A DNA stretch of 64,000 nt from Glaucostegus cemiculus (taxonomy: Eukaryota), in NCBI GenBank assembly GCA_976551045.1, contig CDPCPM010000018.1, forward strand, positions 1,178,001-1,242,000. The letters are read 5' to 3'. This document shows, one piece after another, positions 12,801 through 27,800 of this stretch; positions within the stretch are counted from its first letter, which is position 1, and each line of letters starts with the position of its first letter. The notes under the pieces are model-generated. The model was not told where the DNA came from. It was given only the letters and a program-made list of their open reading frames with translations, and did not search any database. The translations under genes and the position numbers were made by a program.

Positions 12801-15800
12801 CAAATGAATTCTGCTACCGCAACAATGAAAGATAAAGAAATCAGTTCATCCTCAGTCAGTTTTCACTATTGAGATATTTCTGCAGCAGAAAGAATATTAA
12901 AGAATAAAGGAAAATCATTATATCTAAAGGAAGGAACGTTTCCATAATTTTTAATCCTGTGTTTTTGAATTCCTAATTGTGAATTTCCAATATACACAAT
13001 GGCTTGTATTTCACGAAAGACAGTGTAAGGTGTGTAGGCACTCTGACGTGAATGACCATCGTAGTGAAGAGTGTCATGGGCTCATGTGATTAAGTTGTGT
13101 CATGTCAAAGTAATACTTTTGAGGAAGGCAATGCAAGTATTGTCATGCACCTGTAAAGACATATCATATCCTCCATAATCTGTCACCTTATTGAGCAAAA
13201 ACGTTTCAGCCAGCAATAACAAATGACATAAAAGTGATTGGATAATAGTGATTGAGATCTCGTACCATTATTCCCCGTAGACATCGATGAATGTGCAACC
13301 AACACATCAAACTGTCAACAAATTTGCAGCAACACAATTGGAAGCTTCCTTTGCGGATGTAATCCAGGCTACAGCATCAATGTGACCAATAGTTCAGTTT
13401 GTGATGGTGAGATATTTCCCAATCATTTATTTTCTCAGACTTAAAATATAACATTAAATGTGTCATTTAAAGTCAAGGTGGTCCAGGAATGAACACAGTC
13501 ACATTAAAATTGGATGAAAGGCTGGAGATTTTCCTTTCGATTCCTCTGTGCAGCCAAAAATTTAATTCAGTTCAATTGTAAAAGTCCTGGACCTCTATCT
13601 GACCATTGGTTGCAAAAGATCAAAATTCGTTTCATGTTATCCTGTGAATTATAAAAGAAGAAGTGGCTATGTCAAATAAATTCAATAAACTTAGCTGCTG
13701 ATGGTTTTTATTATAATGGAAATATAGTTTGAGAATCATTGCTCTCTACTGTTGTTACTGTGCAGGGCATCCTTCACGCCATTGTAGAGCATAACATTTA
13801 TTGAGAGTCTTACTGTTGGCATAATGTAACTAGTAAGCAAGTGTTTGACAGGTCATTCACATTTTTTCTCCAGACATTGATGAATGTGCAACCAACACAT
13901 CGAACTGTCAACAAATCTGCACCAACACAATCGGAAGCTTCCTGTGCAGTTGTAACCCTGGCTTCAGTGTCAACGTGACCAATGCTTCGATTTGTGATGG
14001 TAGGAATACACAAATTGATAGTTTCCAGCAAATTGCAAAGAATATTGAATGTGGCAGTTGGGTCCCATAGATTCTCCTACTCTCTGAACCAAATGAATTC
14101 TGCTACCGCAACAATGAAAGATACAGAATATCAGTTCATCCTCAGTCAGTTTTCACTATTGAGATATTTCTGCAGCAGAAAGAATATTAAAAATTAAGGA
14201 AAATTATAATATCTGAAGGAATGAATGTTTCCACAATTTTTAATTCCGTTTTTGAATTCCAAATTGTGAATTTCCAATTTACACAATGGCTTGTATTTCA
14301 CGAGAGACAGTGTAAGATCAGTAGGCATTCAGACGTGAATGATCATCGTAGTGAAGAGTGTCATGGGCTCAGAATGTTAATTTGTGTCATGTCAAAATTA
14401 TACTTCTGAGAAAAGGCTATGCAAATATTGTCATGCACCTGTAAAGACATATCATATTCTCCATACTCTGTCACCATATTGAGCAAAAAAGTTTCAGCCG
14501 GCAATTACAAGTGACATAAATGTGATTGGATAAAAGTGACTGAGATGTCGTTCCATTATTCCCCGCAGACATCGATGAATGTGCAACCAACACATCAAAC
14601 TGTCAACAAATTTGCAGCAACACAATTGGAAGCTTCCTTTGCGGATGTAATCCAGGCTACAGCATCAATGTGACCAATAGTTCAGTTTGTGATGGTGAGA
14701 TATTTCCCAAACATTTATTTTCTCTGACATGGAAAATAAAATAGAATGTGTCATTTAAAGTCAAGGTGGTCCAGGAATGAACACAGTCACATTAAAATTG
14801 GATGAAAGACTAGAGATTTTCCTTTCGATTCCTCTGTGCAGCCAAAAATTTCATTCAGTTCAATTGCAAAAGTCCTGCACCTCTATCTGACCATTCATTA
14901 CAAAAGATCAAAATTCGTTTAATGTTATCCTGTGAATTATAAAAGTAGAAGCGGCAATGTCACATAGATTCAATAAGCGTAGCGGGTGATGGAATGTAAT
15001 ATCATGGAAATATATTTTGAGTATCATTGTTCTCTACTGTTGTTACTGTGCAGGGCATCCTTCACGCCATTGTAGAGCATAACATTTATTGAGAGACTTC
15101 CTGTTGGCATAAGGTAACTAGTAAGCAAGTGTTTGACAGGTCATTCACATTTTTCCTCCAGACATTGATGAATGTGCAACCAACACATCGAACTGTCAAC
15201 AAATCTGCACCAACACAATCGGAAGCTTCCTGTGCAGTTGTAACCCTGGCTTCAGTGTCGACGTGACCAATGCTTCGATTTGTGATGGTAGGAATATGCA
15301 AATTCATAGTTTCCAGCAGATTGCAAAGAATATTGAATGTGGTAGTTGGGTTGCATAGATTCTCCTACTCTCTGAAGCAAATGAATTCTGCTACCGCAAC
15401 AATGAAAGATACAGAATATCAGTTCATCCTCAGTCAGTTTTCACTATTGAGATATTTCTGCAGCAGAAAGAATATTAAAAAATAAAGGAAAATTATAATA
15501 TCTGTAGGAATGAATGTTTCCACAATTTTTAATCCTGTGTTTTTGAATTCTAAATTGTGAATTTCCAATTTACAGAATGGCTTGTATTTCACGAGAGACA
15601 GTGTAAGATGTGTAGGCATTCTGACGTGAATGATCATCGTAGTGAAGAGTGTCATGGGCTCAGGATGTTAATTTGTGTCATGTCAAATTTATACTTCTGA
15701 GAAAAGGCTATGCAAATATTGTCATGCACCTGTAAAGACATATCATATTCTCCATACTCTGTCACCATATTGAGCAAAAAAGTTTCAGCCAGCAATTACA

Positions 15801-18800
15801 AGTGACATAAATGTGATTGGATAAAAGTGATTGAGATGTCGTTCCATTATTCCCCGCAGACATCGATGAATGTGCAACCAACACATCAAACTGTCAACAA
15901 AATTGCAGCAACACAATTGGAAGCTTCCTTTGCGGATGTAATCCAGGCTACAGCATCAATGTGACCAATAGTTCAGTTTGTGATGGTGAGATATTTCCCA
16001 ACCATTTATTTTCTCTGACATGGAAAATATAACTGAATGTGTCATTTAAAGTCAAGGTGGTCCAGGAATGAACACAGTCACATTAAAATTGGATGAAAGG
16101 CTAGAGATTTTCCTTTCGATTCCTCTGTGCAGCCAAAAATTTAATTCAGTTCAATTGTAAAAGTCCTGGACCTCTATCTGACCATTGGTTGCAAAAGATC
16201 AAAATTCGTTTCATGTTATCCTGTGAATTATAAAAGTAGAAGTGGCTATGTCAAATAAATTCAATAAACTTAGCTGCTGATGGATTTTATTATAATGGAA
16301 ATATATTTTGAGAATCATTGTTCTCTACTGTTGTTACTGTGCAGGGCATCCTTCAAGCCATTGTAGAGCATAACATATATTGAGAGACTTCCTGTTGGCA
16401 TAAGGTAACTAGTAAGCAAGTATTTGACAGGTCATTCACATTTTTCCTCCAGACATTAATGAATGTGCAACCAACACATCGAGCTGTCAACAAATCTGCA
16501 CCAACACAATCGGAAGCTTCCTGTGCAGATGTAACCCTGGCTTCAGTGTCAACGTGACCAATGCTTCGATTTGTGATGGTAGGAATATGCAAAGTCATAG
16601 TTTCCAGCAGATTGCAAAGAATATTGAATGTGGCAGTTGGGTCCCATAGATTCTCCTACTCTCTGAACCAAATGAATTCTGCTAGCGCAACAATGAAAGA
16701 TACAGAATATCAGTTCATCCTCAGTCAGTTTTCACTATTGAGATATTTCTGCAGCAGAAAGAATATTAACAATTAAGGAAAATTATAATATCTGAAGGAA
16801 TGAATGTTTGCACAATTTTCAATCCTGTGTTTTTGAATTCCAAATTGAGAATTTCCAATTTACACAATGGCTTGTATTTCACGAAAGACAGTGTAAGATG
16901 TGTAGGCATTCTGACGTGAATGATCATCGTAGTGAAGAGTGTCATGGGCTCAGGATGTTAATTTGTGTCATGTCAAATTTATACTTCTGAGAAAAGGCTA
17001 TGCAAATATTGTCATGCACCTGTAAAGACATATCATATTCTCCATACTCTGTCACCATATTGAGCAAAAAAGTTTCAGCCAGCAATTACAAGTGACATAA
17101 ATGTGATTGGATAAAAGTGATTGAGATGTCGTTCCATTATTCCCCGCAGACATCGATGAATGTGCAACCAACACATCAAACTGTCAACAAAATTGCAGCA
17201 ACACAATTGGAAGCTTCCTTTGCGGATGTAATCCAGGCTACAGCATCAATGTGACCAATAGTTCAGTTTGTGATGGTGAGATATTTCCCAACCATTTATT
17301 TTCTCTGACATGGAAAATATAACTGAATGTGTCATTTAAAGTCAAGGTGGTCCAGGAATGAACACAGTCACATTAAAATTGGATGAAAGGCTAGAGATTT
17401 TCCTTTCGATTCCTCTGTGCAGCCAAAAATTTAATTCAGTTCAATTGTAAAAGTCCTGGACCTCTATCTGACCATTGGTTGCAAAAGATCAAAATTCGTT
17501 TCATGTTATCCTGTGAATTATAAAAGTAGAAGTGGCTATGTCAAATAAATTCAATAAACTTAGCTGCTGATGGATTTTATTATAATGGAAATATATTTTG
17601 AGAATCATTGTTCTCTACTGTTGTTACTGTGCAGGGCATCCTTCAAGCCATTGTAGAGCATAACATATATTGAGAGACTTCCTGTTGGCATAAGGTAACT
17701 AGTAAGCAAGTATTTGACAGGTCATTCACATTTTTCCTCCAGACATTAATGAATGTGCAACCAACACATCGAGCTGTCAACAAATCTGCACCAACACAAT
17801 CGGAAGCTTCCTGTGCAGATGTAACCCTGGCTTCAGTGTCAACGTGACCAATGCTTCGATTTGTGATGGTAGGAATATGCAAAGTCATAGTTTCCAGCAG
17901 ATTGCAAAGAATATTGAATGTGGCAGTTGGGTCCCATAGATTCTCCTACTCTCTGAACCAAATGAATTCTGCTAGCGCAACAATGAAAGATACAGAATAT
18001 CAGTTCATTCTCAGTCAGTTTTCACTATTGAGATATTTCTGCAGCAGAAAGAATATTAACAATTAAGGAAAATTATAATATCTGAAGGAATGAATGTTTG
18101 CACAATTTTCAATCCTGTGTTTTTGAATTCCAAATTGAGAATTTCCAATTTACACAATGGCTTGTATTTCACGAAAGACAGTGTAAGATGTGTAGGCATT
18201 CTGACGTGAATGATCATCGTAGTGAAGAGTGTCATGGGCTCAGGATGTTAATTTGTGTCATGTCAAATTAATACTTCTGAGGAAGGCTATGCAAGTATTG
18301 TCATGCACCTGTAAAGACATATCATATCCTCAATACTCTGTCACCATATTGAGCAAAAAAGTTTCAGCCGGCAATTACAAGTGACATAAATGTGATTGGA
18401 TAAAAGTGATTGAGATGTCGTTCCATTATTCCCCGCAGACATCGATGAATGTGCAACCAACACATCAAACTGTCAACAAATTTGCAGCAACACAATTGGA
18501 AGCTTCCTTTGCGGATGTAATCCAGGCTACAGCATCAATGTGACCAATAGTTCAGTTTGTGATGGTGAGTTATTTCCCAACCATTTATTTTCTCTGACAT
18601 GGAAAATAAAATAGAATGTGTCATTTAAAGTCAAGGTGGTCCAGGAATGAACACAGTCACATTAAAATTGGATGAAAGACTAGAGATTTTCCTTTCGATT
18701 CCTCTGTGCAGCCAAAAATTTAATTCAGTTCAATTGCAAAAGACCTGCATCTCTATCTGACCATTCATTGCAAAAGATCAAAATTCGTTTCATGTTATCC

Positions 18801-21800
18801 TGTGAATTATAAAAGTAGAAGCGGCAATGTCAAATAGATTCAATAAGCGTAGCGGGTGATGGAATGTAATATCATGGAAATATATTTTGAGTATCATTGT
18901 TCTCTACTGTTGTTACTGTGCAGGGCATCCTTCACGCCATTGTAGAGCATAACATTTATTGAGAGACTTCCTGTTGGCATAAGGTAACTAGTAAGCAAGT
19001 GTTTGACATGTCATTCACATTTTTCCTCCAGACATTGATGAATGTGCAACCAACACATCGAACTGTCAACAAATCTGCACCAACACAATCGGAAGCTTCC
19101 TGTGCAGTTGTAACCCTGGCTTCAGTGTCAACGTGACCAATGCTTCGATTTGTGATGGTAGGAATATGCAAATTCATAGTTTCCAGCAGATTGCAAAGAA
19201 TATTGAATGTGGTAGTTGGGTTGCATAGATTCTCCTACTCTCTGAACCAAATGAATTCTGCTAGCGCAACAATGAAAGATACAGAATATCAGTTCATCCT
19301 CAGTCAGTTTTCACTATTGAGATATTTCTGCAGCAGAAAGAATATTAAAAAATAAAGGAAAATTATAATATCTGTAGGAATGAATGTTTCCACAATTTTT
19401 AATCCTGTGTTTTTGAATTCTAAATTGTGAATTTCCAATTTACAGAATGGCTTGTATTTCACGAGAGACAGTGTAAGATGTGTAGGCATTCTGACGTGAA
19501 TGATCATCGTAGTGAAGAGTGTCATGGGCTCAGGATGTTAATTTGTGTCATGTCAAATTTATACTTCTGAGAAAAGGCAATGCAAATATTGTCATGCAAC
19601 TGTAAAGACATATCATATTCTCCATACTCTGTCACCATATTGAGCAAAAAAGTTTCAGCCAGCAATTACAAGTGACATAAATGTGATTGGATAAAAGTGA
19701 TTGAGATGTCGTTCCATTATTCCCCGCAGACATCGATGAATGTGCAACCAACACATCAAACTGTCAACAAAATTGCAGCAACACAATTGGAAGCTTCCTT
19801 TGCGGATGTAATCCAGGCTACAGCATCAATGTGACCAATAGTTCAGTTTGTGATGGTGAGATATTTCCCAACCATTTATTTTCTCTGACATGGAAAATAT
19901 AACTGAATGTGTCATTTAAAGTCAAGGTGGTCCAGGAATGAACACAGTCACATTAAAATTGGATGAAAGGCTAGAGATTTTCCTTTCGATTCCTCTGTGC
20001 AGCCAAAAATTTAATTCAGTTCAATTGTAAAAGTCCTGGACCTCTATCTGACCATTGGTTGCAAAAGATCAAAATTCATTTCATGTTATCCTGTGAATTA
20101 TAAAAGTAGAAGTGGCTATGTCAAATAAATTCAATAAACTTAGCTGGTGATGGTTTTTATTATAATGGAAATATAGTTTGAGAATCATTGTTCTCTACTG
20201 TTGTTACTGTGCAGGGCATCCTTCAAGCCATTGTAGAGCATAACATTTATTGAGAGACTTCCTGTTGGCATAAGGTAACTAGTAAGCAAGTGTTTGACAG
20301 GTCATTCACATTTTTCCTCCAGACATTAATGAATGTGCAACCAACACATCGAGCTGTCAACAAATCTGCACCAACACAATCGGAAGCTTCCTGTGCAGAT
20401 GTAACCCTGGCTTCAGTGTCAACGTGACCAATGCTTCGATTTGTGATGGTAGGAATATGCAAAGTCATAGTTTCCAGCAGATTGCAAAGAATATTGAATG
20501 TGGCAGTTGGGTCCCATAGATTCTCCTACTCTCTGAACCAAATGAATTCTGCTAGCGCAACAATGAAAGATACAGAATATCAGTTCATCCTCAGTCAGTT
20601 TTCACTATTGAGATATTTCAGCAGAAGAAGATGAATGTCAGATAGATTGCATAAATCAGCTGGTGATGGTTTGTAAATTCATGGAAGCATCTTTTGAGAA
20701 TCATTGCTCTGTACTCTGCCTTGTTAATGTGCAGGGCATCCTTAAGTCTACTGTAGAGCAGAACAGTTATTGAGAGACTTCCTGTTGGCAGAAGGTAACT
20801 AGTAAGCAAGTGTTTGACAGGTCATTCACATTTTTCCTCCAGACATTGATGAATGTGCAACCAACACATCGAACTGTCAACAAATCTGCACCAACACAAT
20901 CGGAAGCTTCCTGTGCAGTTGTAACCCTGGCTTCAGTGTCAACGTGACCAATGCTTCGATTTGTGATGGTAGGAATACACAAATTGATAGTTTCCAGCAA
21001 ATTGCAAAGAATATTGAATGTGGCAGTTGGGTCCCATAGATTCTCCTACTCTCTGAACCAAATGAATTCTGCTACCGCAACAATGAAAGATACAGAATAT
21101 CAGTTCATCCTCAGTCAGTTTTAACTATTGAGATATTTCTGCAGCAGAAAGAATATTAAAAATTAAGGAAAATTATAATATCTGAAGGAATGAATGTTTC
21201 CACAATTTTTAATTCCGTGATTTTGAATTCCAAATTGTGAATTTCCAATTTACACAATGGCTTGTATTTCACGAGAGACAGTGTAAGATCTGTAGGCATT
21301 CAGACGTGAATGATCATCGTAGTGAAGAGTGTCATGGGCTCAGAATGTTAATTTGTGTCATGTCAAATTTATACTTCTGAGAAAAGGCTATGCAAATATT
21401 GTCATGCACCTGTAAAGACATATCATATTCTCCATACTCTGTCACCATATTGAGCAAAAAAGTTTCAGCCGGCAATTACAAGTGACATAAATGTGATTGG
21501 ATAAAAGTGATTGAGATGTCGTTCCATTATTCCCCGCAGACATCGATGAATGTGCAACCAACACATCAAACTGTCAACAAATTTGCAGCAACACAATTGG
21601 AAGCTTCCTTTGCGGATGTAATCCAGGCTACAGCATCAATGTGACCAATAGTTCAGTTTGTGATGGTGAGTTATTTCCCAAACATTTATTTTCTCTGACA
21701 TGGAAAATAAAATAGAATGTGTCATTTAAAGTCAAGGTGGTCCAGGAATGAACACAGTCACATTAAAATTGGATGAAAGACTAGAGATTTTCCTTTCGAT

Positions 21801-24800
21801 TCCTCTGTGCAGCCAAAAATTTAATTCAGTTCAATTGCAAAAGTCCTGCACCTCTATCTGACCATTCATTGCAAAAGATCAAAATTCGTTTCATGTTATC
21901 CTGTGAATTATAAAAGTAGAAGTGGCTATGTCAAATAAATTCAATAAACTTAGCTGCTGATGGTTTTTATTATAATGGAAATATATTTTGAGAATCATTG
22001 TTCTCTACTGTTGTTACTGTCCAGGGCATCCTTCACGCCATTGTAGAGCATAACATATATTGAGAGACTTCCTGTTGGCATAAGGTAACTAGTAAGCAAG
22101 TGTTTGACAGGTCATTCACATTTTTCCTCCAGACATTGATGAATGTGCAACCAACACATCGAACTGTCAACAAATCTGCACCAACACAATCGGAAGCTTC
22201 CTGTGCAGATGTAACCCTGGCTTCAGTGTCAACGTGACCAATGCTTCGATTTGTGATGGTAGGAATATGCAAAGTCATAGTTTCCAGCAGATTGCAAAGA
22301 ATATTGAATGTGGCAGTTGGGTCCCATAGATTCTCCTACTCTCTGAACCAAATGAATTCTGCTGGCGCAACAATGAAAGATATAGAATATCAGTTCATCC
22401 TCAGTCAGTTTTCACTATTGAGATATTTCTGCAGCAGAAAGAATATTAACAATTAAGGAAAATTATATTATCTGAAGGAATGAATGTTTGCACAATTTTC
22501 AATCCTGTGTTTTTGAATTCCAAATTGAGAATTTCCAATTTACACAATGGCTTGTATTTCACGAAAGACAGTGTAAGATGTGTAGGCTTTCTGACGTGAA
22601 TGATCATCGTAGTGAAGAGTGTCGTGGGCTCAGGATGTTAATTTGTGTCATGTCAAATTAATACTTCTGAGGAAGGCTATGCAAGTATTGTCATGCACCT
22701 GTAAAGACATATCATATTCTCCATACTCTGTCACCATATTGAGCAAAAAAGTTTCAGCCGGCAATTACAAGTGACATAAAGGTGATTGGATAAAAGTGAT
22801 TGAGATGTCGTTCCATTATTCCCCGCAGACATCGATGAATGTGCAACCAACACATCAAACTGTCAACAAAATTGCAGCAACACAATTGGAAGCTTCCTTT
22901 GCGGATGTAATCCAGGCTACAGCATCAATGTGACCAATAGTTCAGTTTGTGATGGTGAGATATTTCCCAACCATTTATTTTCTCTGACATGGAAAATATA
23001 ACTGAATGTGTCATTTAAAGTCAAGGTGGTCCAGGACTGAACACAGTCACATTAAAATTGGATGAAAGGCTAGAGATTTTCCTTTCGATTCCTCTGTGCA
23101 GCCAAAAATTTAATTCAGTTCAATTGTAAAAGTCCTGGACCTCTATCTGACCATTGGTTGCAAAAGATCAAAATTCGTTTCATGTTATCCTGTGAATTAT
23201 AAAAGTAGAAGTGGCTATGTCAAATAAATTCAATAAACTTAGCTGCTGATGGTTTTTATTATAATGGAAATATATTTTGAGAATCATTGCTCTCTACTGT
23301 TGTTACTGTGCAGGGCATCTTTCACGCCATTGTAGAGCATAACATTTATTGAGAGTCTTCCTGTTGGCATAATGTAACTAGTAAGCAAGTGTTTGACAGG
23401 TCATTCACATTTTTTCTCTAGACATTGATGAATGTGCAACCAACACATCGAACTGTCAACAAATTTGCACCAACACAATCGAAAGCTTCCTGTGCAGTTG
23501 TAACCCTGGCTTCAGTGTCAACGTGACCAATGCTTCGATTTGTGATGGTAGGAATATGCAAAGTCATAGTTTCAGGCAGATTGCAAAGAATATTGAATGT
23601 GGCAGTTGGGTCCCATAGATTCTCCTACACTCTGAACCAAATGATTTCTGCTACCGCAACAATGAAAGATACAGAATATCAGTTCATCCTCAGTCAGTTT
23701 TCACTATTGAGATATTTCAGCTGAAGAAGATGAATGTCAGATAGATTGCATAAATCAGCTGGTGATGGTTTGTAAATTCATGGAAGCATCTTTTGAGAAT
23801 CATTGCTCTGTACTCTGCCTTGTTAATGTGCAGGGCATCCTTAAGTCTATTGTAGAGCAGAACAGTTATTGAGAGACTTCCTGTTGGCAGAAGGTAACTA
23901 GTAAGCAAGTGTTTGACAGGTCATTCACATTTTTTCTCCAGACATTGATGAATGTGCAACCAACACATCGAACTGTCAACAAATCTGCACCAACACAATC
24001 GGAAGCTTCCTGTGCAGTTGTAACCCTGGCTTCAGTGTCAACGTGACCAATGCTTCGATTTGTGATGGTAGGAATATGCAAATTCATAGTTTCCAGCAGA
24101 TTGCAAAGAATATTGAATGTGGTAGTTGGGTTGCATAGATTCTCCTACTCTCTGAACCAAATTAATTCTGCTACCGCAACAATGAAAGATACAGAATATC
24201 AGTTCATCCTCAGTCAGTTTTCACTATTGAGATATTTCTGCAGCAGAAAGAATATTAAAAAATAAAGGAAAATTATAATATCTGTAGGAATGAATGTTTC
24301 CACAATTTTTAATCCTGTGTTTTTGAATTCTAAATTGTGAATTTCCAATTTACAGAATGGCTTGTATTTCACGAGAGACAGTGTAAGATGTGTAGGCATT
24401 CTGAAGTGAATGATCATCGTAGTGAAGAGTGTCATGGGCTCAGGATGTTAATTTGTGTCATGTCAAATTTATACTTCTGAGAAAAGGCTATGCAAATATT
24501 GTCATGCACCTGTAAAGACATATCATATTCTCCATACTCTGTCACCATATTGAGCAAAAAAGTTTCAGCCAGCAATTACAAGTGACATAAATGTGATTGG
24601 ATAAAAGTGATTGAGATGTCGTTCCATTATTCCCCGCAGACATCGATGAATGTGCAACCAACACATCAAACTGTCAACAAAATTGCAGCAACACAATTGG
24701 AAGCTTCCTTTGCGGATGTAATCCAGGCTACAGCATCAATGTGACCAATAGTTCAGTTTGTGATGGTGAGATATTTCCCAACCATTTATTTTCTCTGACA

Positions 24801-27800
24801 TGGAAAATATAACTGAATGTGTCATTTAAAGTCAAGGTGGTCCAGGAATGAACACAGTCACATTAAAATTGGATGAAAGGCTAGAGATTTTCCTTTCGAT
24901 TCCTCTGTGCAGCCAAAAATTTAATTCAGTTCAATTGTAAAAGTCCTGGACCTCTATCTGACCATTGGTTGCAAAAGATCAAAATTCGTTTCATGTTATC
25001 CTGTGAATTATAAAAGTAGAAGTGGCTATGTCAAATAAATTCAATAAACTTAGCTGCTGATGGATTTTATTATAATGGAAATATATTTTGAGAATCATTG
25101 TTCTCTACTGTTGTTACTGTGCAGGGCATCCTTCAAGCCATTGTAGAGCATAACATATATTGAGAGACTTCCTGTTGGCATAAGGTAACTAGTAAGCAAG
25201 TATTTGACAGGTCATTCACATTTTTCCTCCAGACATTAATGAATGTGCAACCAACACATCGAGCTGTCAACAAATCTGCACCAACACAATCGGAAGCTTC
25301 CTGTGCAGATGTAACCCTGGCTTCAGTGTCAACGTGACCAATGCTTCGATTTGTGATGGTAGGAATATGCAAAGTCATAGTTTCCAGCAGATTGCAAAGA
25401 ATATTGAATGTGGCAGTTGGGTCCCATAGATTCTCCTACTCTCTGAACCAAATGAATTCTGCTAGCGCAACAATGAAAGATACAGAATATCAGTTCATTC
25501 TCAGTCAGTTTTCACTATTGAGATATTTCTGCAGCAGAAAGAATATTAACAATTAAGGAAAATTATAATATCTGAAGGAATGAATGTTTGCACAATTTTC
25601 AATCCTGTGTTTTTGAATTCCAAATTGAGAATTTCCAATTTACACAATGGCTTGTATTTCACGAAAGACAGTGTAAGATGTGTAGGCATTCTGACGTGAA
25701 TGATCATCGTAGTGAAGAGTGTCATGGGCTCAGGATGTTAATTTGTGTCATGTCAAATTAATTCTTCTGAGGAAGGCTATGCAAGTATTGTCATGCACCT
25801 GTAAAGACATATCATATCCTCAATACTCTGTCACCATATTGAGCAAAAAAGTTTCAGCCGGCAATTACAAGTGACATAAATGTGATTGGATAAAAGTGAT
25901 TGAGATGTCGTTCCATTATTCCCCGCAGACATCGATGAATGTGCAACCAACACATCAAACTGTCAACAAATTTGCAGCAACACAATTGGAAGCTTCCTTT
26001 GCGGATGTAATCCAGGCTACAGCATCAATGTGACCAATAGTTCAGTTTGTGATGGTGAGTTATTTCCCAACCATTTATTTTCTCTGACATGGAAAATAAA
26101 ATAGAATGTGTCATTTAAAGTCAAGGTGGTCCAGGAATGAACACAGTCACATTAAAATTGGATGAAAGACTAGAGATTTTCCTTTCGATTCCTCTGTGCA
26201 GCCAAAAATTTAATTCAGTTCAATTGCAAAAGACCTGCATCTCTATCTGACCATTCATTGCAAAAGATCAAAATTCGTTTCATGTTATCCTGTGAATTAT
26301 AAAAGTAGAAGCGGCAATGTCAAATAGATTCAATAAGCGTAGCGGGTGATGGAATGTAATATCATGGAAATATATTTTGAGTATCATTGTTCTCTACTGT
26401 TGTTACTGTGCAGGGCATCCTTCACGCCATTGTAGAGCATAACATTTATTGAGAGACTTCCTGTTGGCATAAGGTAACTAGTAAGCAAGTGTTTGACATG
26501 TCATTCACATTTTTCCTCCAGACATTGATGAATGTGCAACCAACACATCGAACTGTCAACAAATCTGCACCAACACAATCGGAAGCTTCCTGTGCAGTTG
26601 TAACCCTGGCTTCAGTGTCAACGTGACCAATGCTTCGATTTGTGATGGTAGGAATATGCAAATTCATAGTTTCCAGCAGATTGCAAAGAATATTGAATGT
26701 GGTAGTTGGGTTGCATAGATTCTCCTACTCTCTGAACCAAATGAATTCTGCTAGCGCAACAATGAAAGATACAGAATATCAGTTCATCCTCAGTCAGTTT
26801 TCACTATTGAGATATTTCTGCAGCAGAAAGAATATTAAAAAATAAAGGAAAATTATAATATCTGTAGGAATGAATGTTTCCACAATTTTTAATCCTGTGT
26901 TTTTGAATTCTAAATTGTGAATTTCCAATTTACAGAATGGCTTGTATTTCACGAGAGACAGTGTAAGATGTGTAGGCATTCTGACGTGAATGATCATCGT
27001 AGTGAAGAGTGTCATGGGCTCAGGATGTTAATTTGTGTCATGTCAAATTTATACTTCTGAGAAAAGGCAATGCAAATATTGTCATGCAACTGTAAAGACA
27101 TATCATATTCTCCATACTCTGTCACCATATTGAGCAAAAAAGTTTCAGCCAGCAATTACAAGTGACATAAATGTGATTGGATAAAAGTGATTGAGATGTC
27201 GTTCCATTATTCCCCGCAGACATCGATGAATGTGCAACCAACACATCAAACTGTCAACAAAATTGCAGCAACACAATTGGAAGCTTCCTTTGCGGATGTA
27301 ATCCAGGCTACAGCATCAATGTGACCAATAGTTCAGTTTGTGATGGTGAGATATTTCCCAACCATTTATTTTCTCTGACATGGAAAATATAACTGAATGT
27401 GTCATTTAAAGTCAAGGTGGTCCAGGAATGAACACAGTCACATTAAAATTGGATGAAAGGCTAGAGATTTTCCTTTCGATTCCTCTGTGCAGCCAAAAAT
27501 TTAATTCAGTTCAATTGTAAAAGTCCTGGACCTCTATCTGACCATTGGTTGCAAAAGATCAAAATTCATTTCATGTTATCCTGTGAATTATAAAAGTAGA
27601 AGTGGCTATGTCAAATAAATTCAATAAACTTAGCTGGTGATGGTTTTTATTATAATGGAAATATAGTTTGAGAATCATTGTTCTCTACTGTTGTTACTGT
27701 GCAGGGCATCCTTCAAGCCATTGTAGAGCATAACATATATTGAGAGACTTCCTGTTGGCATAAGGTAACTAGTAAGCAAGTGTTTGACAGGTCATTCACA